Shown: positions 10,200 through 19,125 of the stretch, in pieces
Position numbering within the stretch: the stretch's first letter is position 1
Layout of the letters: each line of letters begins with the position of its first letter
Assembly: GCA_023818895.1 (NCBI GenBank)
Contig: JAMWCX010000001.1
Location: 60,001 to 92,000 of the forward strand
Source of the DNA: Candidatus Omnitrophota bacterium
GTDB lineage: Bacteria > Omnitrophota > Gorgyraeia > 2-01-FULL-45-10
Reading direction: 5' to 3'
DNA length: 32,000 bases
The notes under the pieces: model-generated
The model's database searches: none
Seen by the model: the letters and a program-made list of their open reading frames with translations, nothing else
What the model was told of the DNA's origin: nothing
Made by a program: the position numbers and the translations under genes

Positions 10200-11959
10200 G
10201 GACGCATACATGCGGAGAGCTTAACGCCGATTGTGCTGGCAAGACAGTTACGCTGTGCGGGTGGGTTCATGGAAGGCGTGATCATGGCAACCTTATATTC
10301 ATAGACGTGCGGGACGGTTACGGCATAACACAAGTTGTGTTCAATCCGCAGTCGAACGCCAAATTGCACGCGCAAGCCGAGAGTCTTCGTTCGGAGTTTG
10401 TCGTGAGGGTAACCGGCACTGTTGAGAGAAGGCCCACGGGAACTGAGAACCCGAAAATTTCTACCGGCTCTATCGAGGTGCATGCGAAGGCGTTGGAGGT
10501 ATTGAATCCATCCGCTACCCCTCCTTTTGAGATAGATGATAATATCGCGGTCACGGAGGAATCGAGGCTTAAATACCGATATCTTGATCTGAGGCGGCCG
10601 CAGATGCAGAGGAACCTGCGGCTCAGGCACAAGGTATGCAAACTGGCCAGGGATTATTTTGACGAAAATAATTTTGTTGAGATCGAAACACCCATACTGA
10701 CCAAGTCTACCCCTGAAGGCGCGCGTGATTATCTAGTTCCGTCTCGCGTCAATGTGGGGATGTTCTACGCGCTTCCGCAGTCCCCGCAACTATTCAAACA
10801 GATACTCATGGTGTCGTCCTTCGATAGATATTTCCAGATTGCGAAATGCTTCCGAGACGAAGACCTGCGGGCGGATAGACAGCCTGAATTCACCCAGTTT
10901 GACCTCGAGATGTCTTTCGTCACAGAAGAGGATATCTACGCTATATGCGAAGGCCTAATGAAAAGACTGTTCAAAGGGGCGATAGGCGTGGATCTCAAAA
11001 CGCCTTTTCCGAGAATGAAATACGCCGAAGCTATGGCACGTTTTGGTTGTGATAAGCCGGATATAAGGTTCGGTCTCGAGCTGTGTGACCTTACCGAGAT
11101 TGTCAGAAACTGCAAGTTCAAGATATTTCAGGAGGTTCTGGCCAAAGGAGGGCGTGTTATAGGGATAAACGCCCCCTCTTGCGGTGGTTATTCCCGCGGC
11201 CAGATTGATGAACTTATAGAGTTTGTAAAGGAATACGGCGCCAAAGGCCTTGCCAATTTCAGGGCCGAAGGCGGCAGTCTAGTCTCACAGATAGACAAGT
11301 TTTTTTCCGCCGAAGAGCTTGACGCCATACGTAAGGCCGCCTCCTCAAAAGACGGTGATATGATATTTATTGTCGCGGATGCCAAAAAGGTTGCCTATGA
11401 CGCAATGGCCGCCTTGCGCAGGCTTCTAGGCAAGAGACTAAACCTGATTGATGAAAAGGTCTTCTCTTTTCTATGGGTAACGGACTTTCCTCTTTTTCAG
11501 TACAACGAAGAAGAGAAGAGATGGGAGTCTGAACATCATCCTTTCACCTCCGTGCATCCTGATGATATCAAGATCCTCGAAAGCGGCCGCGACCTTGACA
11601 AGGTACGGTCAAGGTCTTACGACCTTGTTATAAATGGCACCGAGATCGGTTCCGGCAGTATAAGGATACATGACCGCTCGCTTCAGGAGCTAATATTCAG
11701 GACTATCGGCATAGATGAAGAGCAGGCACGCTTGAGGTTTGGATTCCTCCTCGATGCTTTCAGATACGGTGCGCCTCCTCATGGAGGCTTCGCGTTCGGA
11801 CTGGATAGGCTTATGACATTTTACGTAGGATGTGATTCCATACGTGATGTGATAGCTTTCCCTAAGACTCAAAAGGCGTTCTGTCCGATGACAGGAGCGC
11901 CGTCGCCGGTCGATACCAAACAGCTTAACGAACTTAACATAAAAATAAAAAAGGCATAA
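10193..11959 (+). CDS. aspS: aspartate--tRNA ligase (bacterial type with GAD insertion)
   Basis: 588 aa with a GTG start 7 nt inside the end of hisS and AGGAGG upstream. Supporting motifs are LRTHTCGELN, GWVHGRRDHGNLIFIDVRD, ALPQSPQLFKQ, FRDEDLRADRQPEFTQ and GGFAFGLDRL. Confidence 0.95.
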   Translation: MLRTHTCGELNADCAGKTVTLCGWVHGRRDHGNLIFIDVRDGYGITQVVFNPQSNAKLHAQAESLRSEFVVRVTGTVERRPTGTENPKISTGSIEVHAKALEVLNPSATPPFEIDDNIAVTEESRLKYRYLDLRRPQMQRNLRLRHKVCKLARDYFDENNFVEIETPILTKSTPEGARDYLVPSRVNVGMFYALPQSPQLFKQILMVSSFDRYFQIAKCFRDEDLRADRQPEFTQFDLEMSFVTEEDIYAICEGLMKRLFKGAIGVDLKTPFPRMKYAEAMARFGCDKPDIRFGLELCDLTEIVRNCKFKIFQEVLAKGGRVIGINAPSCGGYSRGQIDELIEFVKEYGAKGLANFRAEGGSLVSQIDKFFSAEELDAIRKAASSKDGDMIFIVADAKKVAYDAMAALRRLLGKRLNLIDEKVFSFLWVTDFPLFQYNEEEKRWESEHHPFTSVHPDDIKILESGRDLDKVRSRSYDLVINGTEIGSGSIRIHDRSLQELIFRTIGIDEEQARLRFGFLLDAFRYGAPPHGGFAFGLDRLMTFYVGCDSIRDVIAFPKTQKAFCPMTGAPSPVDTKQLNELNIKIKKA

Positions 11960-11969
11960 AGCCCTCCAA

Positions 11970-12914
11970 ATGGCACAACTCATCAGACTTAAAGATACCC
12001 TTGAGGCCAGGTCTCTTTTCGGAACCCATGACGAGAATCTTAAGATTATCGAAAAGGAGTTTGGCGTAACAACGGTTGGCAGAGGCGACGTACTTAAAAT
12101 AGAGGGGGAAAAGCCTTCAGTTGAGCAGGCCGCTAAACTGGTTAATGAGCTCTTGCTGACCATACGGAGCGGTGGTTTCGTGAAAAAACACGAGGTCCTT
12201 TACGCCGTAAAAGCCCTAAAAGAAGGGGGAGTTAGTGATATACACAGTATATATCTCGACAGGATCGAGGTCTCCTCAAAAAGACAATACATCACCCCTA
12301 AGTCGGCGGGGCAGAAGGAGTACGTTGATGCCATACGTCGTCACGATATAGTATTCTGTATAGGGCCCGCGGGCACAGGGAAGACGTACCTTGCGATGGC
12401 GATGGCCGTTAACGCGCTTAAGAAGCAATTGGTGAGTCGCATAATACTTACGCGGCCGGCAGTCGAAGCGGGGGAGAGTCTCGGCTACCTGCCGGGAGAT
12501 CTTTACGCTAAAGTTTCGCCTTATTTAAGGCCTCTTTACGATGCGCTGTATGATATGATGGAGGTTGACAGGATAAACGATTGCATAGAGCGCGGCATAA
12601 TAGAAGTAGTGCCGCTCGCCTACATGAGAGGCAGGACTCTTAACGACGCCTTCATAATAATGGACGAGGCCCAGAACTCAACACCGGAGCAGATGAAGAT
12701 GTTTCTTACTCGTCTCGGATTTGATTCTAAGGCCGTGATAACGGGAGATATAACACAGAGCGATCTTCCAGGCAACAGGCAGTCCGGCTTGGGGCAGGTC
12801 CTCACGATCCTAAAAAATGTGGAGGGGATAAAGTTCATACACTTGAAGGGCGCCGATGTGGTGCGGCATGAGCTGGTGCAGGAGATAATCAAAGCTTACG
12901 AGAATGCGAAATAA
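11970..12914 (+). CDS. phoH: PhoH-like ATPase (PhoH/YbeZ family)
   Basis: 314 aa with Walker A GPAGTGKTYLAMA, then LTRPAVEAGESLGYLPGDL, IIMDEAQN and ITGDITQSDLP. Confidence 0.9.
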   Translation: MAQLIRLKDTLEARSLFGTHDENLKIIEKEFGVTTVGRGDVLKIEGEKPSVEQAAKLVNELLLTIRSGGFVKKHEVLYAVKALKEGGVSDIHSIYLDRIEVSSKRQYITPKSAGQKEYVDAIRRHDIVFCIGPAGTGKTYLAMAMAVNALKKQLVSRIILTRPAVEAGESLGYLPGDLYAKVSPYLRPLYDALYDMMEVDRINDCIERGIIEVVPLAYMRGRTLNDAFIIMDEAQNSTPEQMKMFLTRLGFDSKAVITGDITQSDLPGNRQSGLGQVLTILKNVEGIKFIHLKGADVVRHELVQEIIKAYENAK

Positions 12915-13380
12915 TTCGGCTATAAAGGTTACCAACTCTTGCAAGAAATACCGTCTCAACGAAAGTCTGCTGGCAGATCTGGCGGCCAAGACGCTGAACT
13001 TTATTAGAAAAAGCGGTAAGATTGATCTCGAAATTGTCTTTTTGGACGACGATGAGATAAGGAAGCTAAATGTCAGGTATAAAGGCTATAATAAACCTAC
13101 TGATGTTCTCAGTTTCTATATAGAAAGGGCCGAGTTCGGAGAGCGAAAACCTCTTGGCGAAATATTCATATCGGCTGATACGGCGCGCAGGAACTCAAGA
13201 GTCTTTGGCGCGCTATTAGAAGAAGAGATGGTTCGTTACATTATTCATGGCATCCTGCACCTGTTCGGTTACGATGACAGGAAGGTGGCCCAAAGATCTA
13301 AGATGTCGAAGACAGAGGATAGAATTCTGAGGTTCTTATGCAGACAAAACACTTTATCGAAAGTTTTAATGCCGCGGTAG
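12904..13380 (+). CDS. ybeY: rRNA maturation endoribonuclease YbeY
   Basis: 158 aa with the zinc-binding motif IIHGILHLFGYDD and PTDVLSF. It lies directly downstream of phoH, the conserved pairing, with an 11-nt overlap. Confidence 0.9.
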   Translation: MRNNSAIKVTNSCKKYRLNESLLADLAAKTLNFIRKSGKIDLEIVFLDDDEIRKLNVRYKGYNKPTDVLSFYIERAEFGERKPLGEIFISADTARRNSRVFGALLEEEMVRYIIHGILHLFGYDDRKVAQRSKMSKTEDRILRFLCRQNTLSKVLMPR

Positions 13381-14039
13381 AGGGTTTCATATATGTTCTC
13401 AAGACGGAGCGCAACATGCGTTTTCATTTCCTGGCGGCCCTTTTTTTTATACTTCTGGGCATCTATCTTAATTTCACCGCCACAGAGATACTGATACTCA
13501 CGACGACCATAGCGCTGGTCTTGGCGGCGGAGATGATAAATACCACAACAGAGCTTATTGTGGACATGATAAAGAGCGAATTCCACCCGCTGGCGCGCGT
13601 GATAAAGGATGTGGCGGCAGGGGTGGTGCTTCTTACGGCGATAAATGCCGTAATAGTCGGATACGTCTTATTTGCCAATAAAATACCTTTCAGCATAGGT
13701 TATGAAATGGCGCGTATAAGGCAATCGCCATGGCATATCACATTCATCGCGCTTATCTTGGTATTTGCAACGAGCATCCTGGGTAAGATCATATTCCATA
13801 AAGGCACGCCTCTCAGGGGTGGTATGCCATCGGGGCATTCCGCGATAGCATTTGCCATATGGACGATTATCGCATTTATGACCAATAATACAGTGGTGGT
13901 GGCGCTTTCGTTTATCATGGCGTTCCTCATAGCCAGGCACCGCCTTAAGGACGCCATTCATAACATATGGGAAGTTATCGCGGGCGCGGTCCTCGGCATT
14001 CTCCTGACCACCCTTATTTTTCAGATATTCCATTATTAA
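13338..14039 (+). CDS. dgkA: fusion protein: DgkA-family lipid kinase (N-terminal) plus PAP2-like phosphatase (C-terminal)
   Basis: 233 aa. The N-terminal half has the prokaryotic DAGK signature (FIESFNAAVEGFIYVLKTERNMRFH, LVLAAEMINTTTELIVD). The C-terminal half has PAP2-type motifs (GGMPSGHSAIAF and HR-LKDAI-H-NIW-E, resembling SR-x5-H-x3-D). Confidence 0.75.
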   Translation: MQTKHFIESFNAAVEGFIYVLKTERNMRFHFLAALFFILLGIYLNFTATEILILTTTIALVLAAEMINTTTELIVDMIKSEFHPLARVIKDVAAGVVLLTAINAVIVGYVLFANKIPFSIGYEMARIRQSPWHITFIALILVFATSILGKIIFHKGTPLRGGMPSGHSAIAFAIWTIIAFMTNNTVVVALSFIMAFLIARHRLKDAIHNIWEVIAGAVLGILLTTLIFQIFHY

Positions 14040-14044
14040 AACTC

Positions 14045-14803
14045 ATGGCCATACAGAAAAGCGAAGGCATATTACTGCGGCGTCAGGACCTCCGCGAGAC
14101 GAGCATTATCCTCACCTTTTACACAAAGGATTTTGGCAAGATAAGGGGGATAGTCAGGGGCGTGAGAGGTCCCCGCGCCCAATGGACGGGCGGAGGAGGC
14201 CTGGAGTTATTTGCGCACGACGATATCGTATTCTATGAAAGGAAGAGGGCCGATGTTTATACCATATCCCAGTGTGATCTCATCGATTACTTCAATCCGA
14301 TAAGAGAATCTTTAGAGAAGCTTTCCTACGCGACTTATATCATAGAGCTTCTCGATTCCGTTACCGCTCTATCCGACAAGAATGCCGAAGTGTTCAACCT
14401 TATCCTGAATAGTCTGAGACTTCTTTCGGGCCAGGCGAGCCCCCGGCGCGTGGCAAGGATATTCGAGATAAAGCTTTTGAGCCTTCTTGGGCTCATGCCG
14501 AACATGGGCTGCTGCTCTTCTTGCGGGACGGCTACCGCGGGGGGCTTCAGGTTCAGCCTCCGGCACGGCGGTCTTTTGTGCAAAGAATGCCTGGCTAATG
14601 ACAACCAGGCGTTCTCAATACTCCCCGGTACGGCGAAATTTATGGAGCATGTGGCCGGATCGAATTTTGATAAGGCGGCTAGGATCAAGGTGTCGGAAGA
14701 GGTTGGTAGAGAGCTCGAGAGGATATTGCGCAGCTTTCTCGATTATCATATTGAACGCCGCCTTCGCACGGTCCATTTTATTAAGGACGTAGGCAACTTT
14801 TAA
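14045..14803 (+). CDS. recO: DNA repair protein RecO
   Basis: MAIQKSEGILLRRQDLRETSIILTFYTKDFGKIRGIVRGVRGPR is a typical RecO OB-fold N-terminus. A Cys4 zinc finger is present (CSSCG...CKEC). The track ORF start at 13967 overlaps dgkA, and its extension looks non-coding, so I chose the ATG at 14045. Confidence 0.85.
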   Translation: MAIQKSEGILLRRQDLRETSIILTFYTKDFGKIRGIVRGVRGPRAQWTGGGGLELFAHDDIVFYERKRADVYTISQCDLIDYFNPIRESLEKLSYATYIIELLDSVTALSDKNAEVFNLILNSLRLLSGQASPRRVARIFEIKLLSLLGLMPNMGCCSSCGTATAGGFRFSLRHGGLLCKECLANDNQAFSILPGTAKFMEHVAGSNFDKAARIKVSEEVGRELERILRSFLDYHIERRLRTVHFIKDVGNF

Positions 14804-14880
14804 TTTTGTCTTGCTTTTTGGCGTGTTGCGTGTTAAGATAACGAAACTTCAAAATATTACTTATCGCTATTAGGTTATAT

Positions 14881-16200
14881 ATGCCTCATCTGCAGCAACA
14901 ATCCGACATGATGGATAAGCTCGTCTCATTGTGCAAGAGACGGGGGTTTATTTTTCAGTCAAGCGAGATTTACGGCGGCCTGGCAGCCACTTGGGACTAC
15001 GGCCCTCTCGGTACCGAGCTGAAACGTAATGTCAAAGACGTCTGGTGGCGTTCCATTGTATTTGAAAGGGGCGATATAGAAGGGCTGGATGCCGCTATCC
15101 TGATGAGGCCCGAGACATGGATGGCCTCAGGCCATGTTTCGAGCTTCGAGGATACTCTCGTAGACTGCAAATCCTGCAAGAAACGCTTCAAGGTAGAGCA
15201 TGTCAACGGCAAGTCCTGCCCGGAATGCGGCGGAGAGCTTACCGAGGCTCGCCAGTTTAATCTAATGCTCAAGACGCACTTAGGGCCAATAGAAGACGAG
15301 GGAAGCCTCACATATTTGCGGCCCGAAACGGCCCAAGGTATATTCGTCAATTTTAAGAATGTCCTTGACTCAATGAGGCGAAAAATCCCATTTGGCATCG
15401 CCCAGATGGGTAAGTCCTTCCGAAACGAGGTAACAACCAAAAGCTTTACATTCCGCTCGCGTGAATTTGAGCAGATGGAGATAGAGTATTTCGTCAAGCC
15501 CGGTACCGACGAGGAGTGGTACCATAGATGGGTGGAAGAGCGTTTTAGCTGGTACATAAGGTTTGGCATTAGGAAAGAGAACTTACGTAAGCGTCAGCAC
15601 GAAAAGCATGAACTAGCCCACTACGCCAAGGCCTGCACTGATATAGAATATAGATTCCCATTTGGATGGTCAGAGCTCGAGGGGATAGCCAACAGAACTG
15701 ATTTCGATCTGAAACAACATAGCCGCTTAAGCGGAAAAGAGATAGAATATTTCGATGACGAAACGAAAGAGCGTTATATACCATATGTTATCGAGCCTTC
15801 AGGCGGAATAGACCGTTCGATACTGGCGTTTTTATGTGACGCTTACAGAGAAGAGGAGGTAAGGGGCGAAAAAAGAGTGGTGTTGGGTCTCCATAAGAGC
15901 TTGGCGCCGCTTAAGGTGGCAGTGCTGCCGCTTTTAAGAAACCGGCAGGAGATAGTGGAACTGGCCGGCAGGATCACCGATGATCTCAGGGTGCGTATGA
16001 GGGTCAAATACGACGATACAGCTTCGATTGGGAGGCTCTACAGGAGGCAGGACGAGATAGGAACGCCATATTGCGTTACGGTGGATGTGGATAGTCTTGC
16101 CGACAGAAAGGTCACCGTGCGTGATAGGGATACGATGAAACAAGACAGAATAGACGTGTCGCGGGTTAAGGAATACTTAACAGAAAGGTTGGAGTCATGA
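14881..16200 (+). CDS. glyQS: glycine--tRNA ligase (homodimeric GlyQS type)
   Basis: 439 aa. Supporting motifs are LCKRRGFIFQSSEIYGGLAATWDYGPLG, LRPETAQGIF, FRNEVTTKSFTFRSREFEQMEIEYF and the anticodon-binding tail DEIGTPYCVTVD. The true start may be the ATG-ATG at 14908/14911. Confidence 0.92.
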   Translation: MPHLQQQSDMMDKLVSLCKRRGFIFQSSEIYGGLAATWDYGPLGTELKRNVKDVWWRSIVFERGDIEGLDAAILMRPETWMASGHVSSFEDTLVDCKSCKKRFKVEHVNGKSCPECGGELTEARQFNLMLKTHLGPIEDEGSLTYLRPETAQGIFVNFKNVLDSMRRKIPFGIAQMGKSFRNEVTTKSFTFRSREFEQMEIEYFVKPGTDEEWYHRWVEERFSWYIRFGIRKENLRKRQHEKHELAHYAKACTDIEYRFPFGWSELEGIANRTDFDLKQHSRLSGKEIEYFDDETKERYIPYVIEPSGGIDRSILAFLCDAYREEEVRGEKRVVLGLHKSLAPLKVAVLPLLRNRQEIVELAGRITDDLRVRMRVKYDDTASIGRLYRRQDEIGTPYCVTVDVDSLADRKVTVRDRDTMKQDRIDVSRVKEYLTERLES

Positions 16201-16298
16201 AGAGCGCGGGAAGTTGGGGTGGCTATTCGGCGGGCGCCGTTTTGGCGCGGCCGAAAGTCGAAAAATTTTCCAAAGGAGCGAAAGGAGCAGGTGTTGCG

Positions 16299-19046
16299 AT
16301 GGGCAGTAAGTCTAAAAAGATGGTTTATTTCTTCGGCGGCGGGAGGGCCGACGGTAATGAGTCGATGAAGAACCTTCTGGGCGGCAAGGGCGCGAACCTT
16401 GCTGAGATGGCCGGTCATCCGAGTTTAAGGCTTCCGGTCCCTCCCGGTTTTACAGTCACGACCGATGTTTGTATGGCGTATCTTAATAATAACAAGAAAT
16501 ATCCTAAAGAGCTGAGCGCCCAGGTCGAAAAGGCGATGGCGCAGGTTGAGAAGATAATGGGCAAGAAGTTTGGCGATCCGTCGAACCCCCTTCTTGTATC
16601 TGTCCGCTCAGGCGCGCGCAAGTCCATGCCCGGTATGATGGAAACTGTCTTAAACGTCGGCCTTACCGAGAAGACCATACCAGGTCTTATTAAGCAAACC
16701 GGCAACGAGCGGTTTGTTTACGATGCATACCGAAGGCTGATTATGATGTATTCGGACGTGGTGATGGAAAAGGCCGCCGGTATAGAGCCGAAGGGCGGCA
16801 AGGGCATCAGGAAGATTCTTGATGAGAAACTTGACCAGCTGAAGCGCTCGAAGGGATACAAGTCGGACACAGATCTTACCGCCGCTGACCTTAAGGCGCT
16901 TGTAGTTGATTTTAAGAATACCGTGAAAGATGTGTTAGGCAAACCATTTCCAGATGATCCCAAAGAGCAGCTTTGGGGTGGTATTGGGGCGGTTTTTTCG
17001 AGCTGGAACGGCAAGCGCGCGGTTGAATACCGCAGGATAGAGAAGATACCAGACGACTGGGGCACCGCGGTGAATGTGCAGGCAATGGTGTTTGGCAACA
17101 TGGGCGATGACAGCGCCACAGGGGTGGCGTTCAGCCGCAATCCAGGTAACGGTGAGCCCAAGTTTTACGGTGAGTACCTTGTAAACGCCCAGGGCGAGGA
17201 CGTTGTGGCTGGTATACGTACTCCGGCCCCCCTTAACGAGTATTCCAAGAACGAGCAGTCGAAGCATTTTAAGACCCTCGAAGAGCTCATGCCCTCTATC
17301 TACAAAGAGCTTGATACCATTCGGAAGAAACTGGAAAAGCATTACAAGGACATGCAAGATATCGAGTTTACGATAGAAAGGGGCAAGCTATTCATGCTGC
17401 AGTGCCGTGTTGGAAAACGTAATGGCGTTTCGGCGGTGCGCATGGCTATCGATATGTACAGAGAAAAGCTTATAGACGCCAAGACAGCGCTTATGCGCGT
17501 GGCGCCCAACCAACTGGTGGAACTGCTTCTGCCAATGCTTGACCCGAAGGCCGAAAAAGCCGCCGGCGCGATAGCCAAGGGTTTGCCCGCGGGTCCCGGA
17601 GGAGCTGTTGGCAGGGTCGTGTTCACCTCTCACGAAGCTGTAAAATGGGCGCAGCGCGGCGAGAAGGTTATACTGGTTAGGGAAGAGACTTCTCCGGAAG
17701 ACGTGGATGGGATGCACAAGGCCCAAGGTATATTGACATCCAAAGGCGGCATGACCTCACACGCGGCTTTAGTGGCGCGCGGTTGGGGAAAATGCTGTAT
17801 AGTCGGCTGTGGTGACATCGAGATTGCCTCTGACAACAAATCTTTTAGCACCAAAAAGGGGCTGACCATAAAAGAAGGCGACTGGATAAGCCTTAACGGA
17901 ACGACAGGGCTTGTCTATCAGGGCGAGATTCCGCTTGTGGATGTTGATATCGAGCATAATAAGTACTATATCGAGCTCATGAAACTTGTAGATAAATTTA
18001 AAGCTCTCAAGATTAGAACCAATGCCGACACTCCGAAAGACGCCGCTCAGGCGCTCAAATTCGGGGCTGAGGGCATAGGGCTTTTCCGCACAGAGCACAT
18101 GTTCTACGGCGAGAACGCGGATAAGCCGCTTTTCATCCTTCGTAAGATGATAATGTCGAAGACGCTTGAAGAAAGAAAGAGGGCCCTAGCGGAGCTATTC
18201 CCATATGTTAAGAGCGATATCAAGGCGACACTGGAAGAGATGAAGGGCTACCCCGTTACAATTCGCCTACTTGACCCACCGCTTCACGAGTTCGTCCCGC
18301 ACAGTGAGGATAAACTCGAAGCCCTCGCCAAGGACCTCGCCATAGATATGGAGGAACTGCGCAAGAGAGCCGAGTCGCTTAAGGAAAATAACCCGATGCT
18401 CGGCCATCGGGGCGTCAGGCTCGGCATAACATATCCGGAGATAACGGAGATGCAGGTCCGCGCTATTTTTGAGGCCGCGGCGGAGATTATCAAGGAAGGT
18501 AAGAAGGCTGTGGTTGAGATAATGGTGCCGGTGACATGCGCAAAAAACGAGCTTGATAATCAAAAAGTTATCGTGGAGAAGGTATATAACGAGGTCTGCG
18601 ACAAATTCGGCCTTAAAAATATACCTTACATGTATGGCACCATGATCGAAATACCGCGCGCGGCTATACAGGCAGGCAAGATGGCCCAGACGGCAGATTT
18701 TTTCTCCTTTGGGACGAATGACCTTACACAGATGACCTTTGGCTTCAGCCGCGATGATATTGGCAGCTTCTTGCCGGATTATCTTAGTTCGAAGATACTG
18801 CCAGCCGATCCGTTTCAGACTGTGGATCAGGACGGAGTGGGTGAGCTCATCAGTCTTGCCATTGAACGCGGTCGCGCGACGCGTAAAGACCTGAAGGTTG
18901 GAATATGCGGCGAACACGGCGGAGACCCAGAAAGCGTTAAGTTCTGCCACAAGGTGGGAATGAACTATGTCAGCTGCTCACCGTTCCGCGTTCCAATAGC
19001 AAGGCTTGCGGCGGCCCAAGCCGCGGTAGAGGAAAAGAAAAAATAG
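16299..19046 (+). CDS. ppdK: pyruvate, phosphate dikinase
   Basis: Supporting motifs are MVYFFGGGRADGNESMKNLLGGKGANLAEM, the phosphohistidine region GGMTSHAALVARGWGK, and the PEP-utilizer C-terminus GTNDLTQ and ICGEHGGDP. I chose the ATG at 16299 (AAAGGAG lies 11 nt upstream) over the track start at 16197, whose 34-aa extension is not PPDK-like. Confidence 0.94.
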   Translation: MGSKSKKMVYFFGGGRADGNESMKNLLGGKGANLAEMAGHPSLRLPVPPGFTVTTDVCMAYLNNNKKYPKELSAQVEKAMAQVEKIMGKKFGDPSNPLLVSVRSGARKSMPGMMETVLNVGLTEKTIPGLIKQTGNERFVYDAYRRLIMMYSDVVMEKAAGIEPKGGKGIRKILDEKLDQLKRSKGYKSDTDLTAADLKALVVDFKNTVKDVLGKPFPDDPKEQLWGGIGAVFSSWNGKRAVEYRRIEKIPDDWGTAVNVQAMVFGNMGDDSATGVAFSRNPGNGEPKFYGEYLVNAQGEDVVAGIRTPAPLNEYSKNEQSKHFKTLEELMPSIYKELDTIRKKLEKHYKDMQDIEFTIERGKLFMLQCRVGKRNGVSAVRMAIDMYREKLIDAKTALMRVAPNQLVELLLPMLDPKAEKAAGAIAKGLPAGPGGAVGRVVFTSHEAVKWAQRGEKVILVREETSPEDVDGMHKAQGILTSKGGMTSHAALVARGWGKCCIVGCGDIEIASDNKSFSTKKGLTIKEGDWISLNGTTGLVYQGEIPLVDVDIEHNKYYIELMKLVDKFKALKIRTNADTPKDAAQALKFGAEGIGLFRTEHMFYGENADKPLFILRKMIMSKTLEERKRALAELFPYVKSDIKATLEEMKGYPVTIRLLDPPLHEFVPHSEDKLEALAKDLAIDMEELRKRAESLKENNPMLGHRGVRLGITYPEITEMQVRAIFEAAAEIIKEGKKAVVEIMVPVTCAKNELDNQKVIVEKVYNEVCDKFGLKNIPYMYGTMIEIPRAAIQAGKMAQTADFFSFGTNDLTQMTFGFSRDDIGSFLPDYLSSKILPADPFQTVDQDGVGELISLAIERGRATRKDLKVGICGEHGGDPESVKFCHKVGMNYVSCSPFRVPIARLAAAQAAVEEKKK

Positions 19047-19125
19047 GAGAATAGCGTTAGCCGGAAGTGTGTAATCGGATAGTCAACCACTACACGCCGA
19101 AGGTAGTGCGCTATAGAAGCTTATA

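Noticed and set aside
9908-10630. 240-aa minus-strand ORF antisense to the hisS/aspS junction. Similar long antisense ORFs occur at 820-1443, 18267-18950, 24131-24763, 28586-29197 and 7540-7914.
   Set aside because: Each lies entirely opposite a plus-strand gene with unmistakable family motifs. Their translations are low-complexity and rich in Ser, Arg and Leu, with no recognisable domains, RBS or promoters. They are typical shadow ORFs.
13967-14044. N-terminal extension of recO (MGSYRGRGPRHSPDH...).
   Set aside because: It overlaps the 3' end of the dgkA-PAP2 gene in another frame and has non-RecO-like composition. The conserved RecO N-terminus starts at the ATG at 14045.
14487-14792. Alternative-frame plus-strand ORFs inside recO (14487-14792), the OMP gene (22566-22871), the DUF3047 gene (23766-23966) and aspS (10752-10958).
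   Set aside because: They are embedded out of frame in genes with clear family signatures. Their Arg/Ser/Pro-rich translations are typical of off-frame reading, and there is no evidence for overlapping genes or programmed frameshifting.
16197-16298. N-terminal extension of ppdK (MKSAGSWGGYSAGAVLARPK...), overlapping the glyQS stop.
   Set aside because: PPDK proteins start close to the VYFFGGG motif. AAAGGAG precedes the ATG at 16299. The GC-rich extension looks like intergenic sequence that happens to be open.
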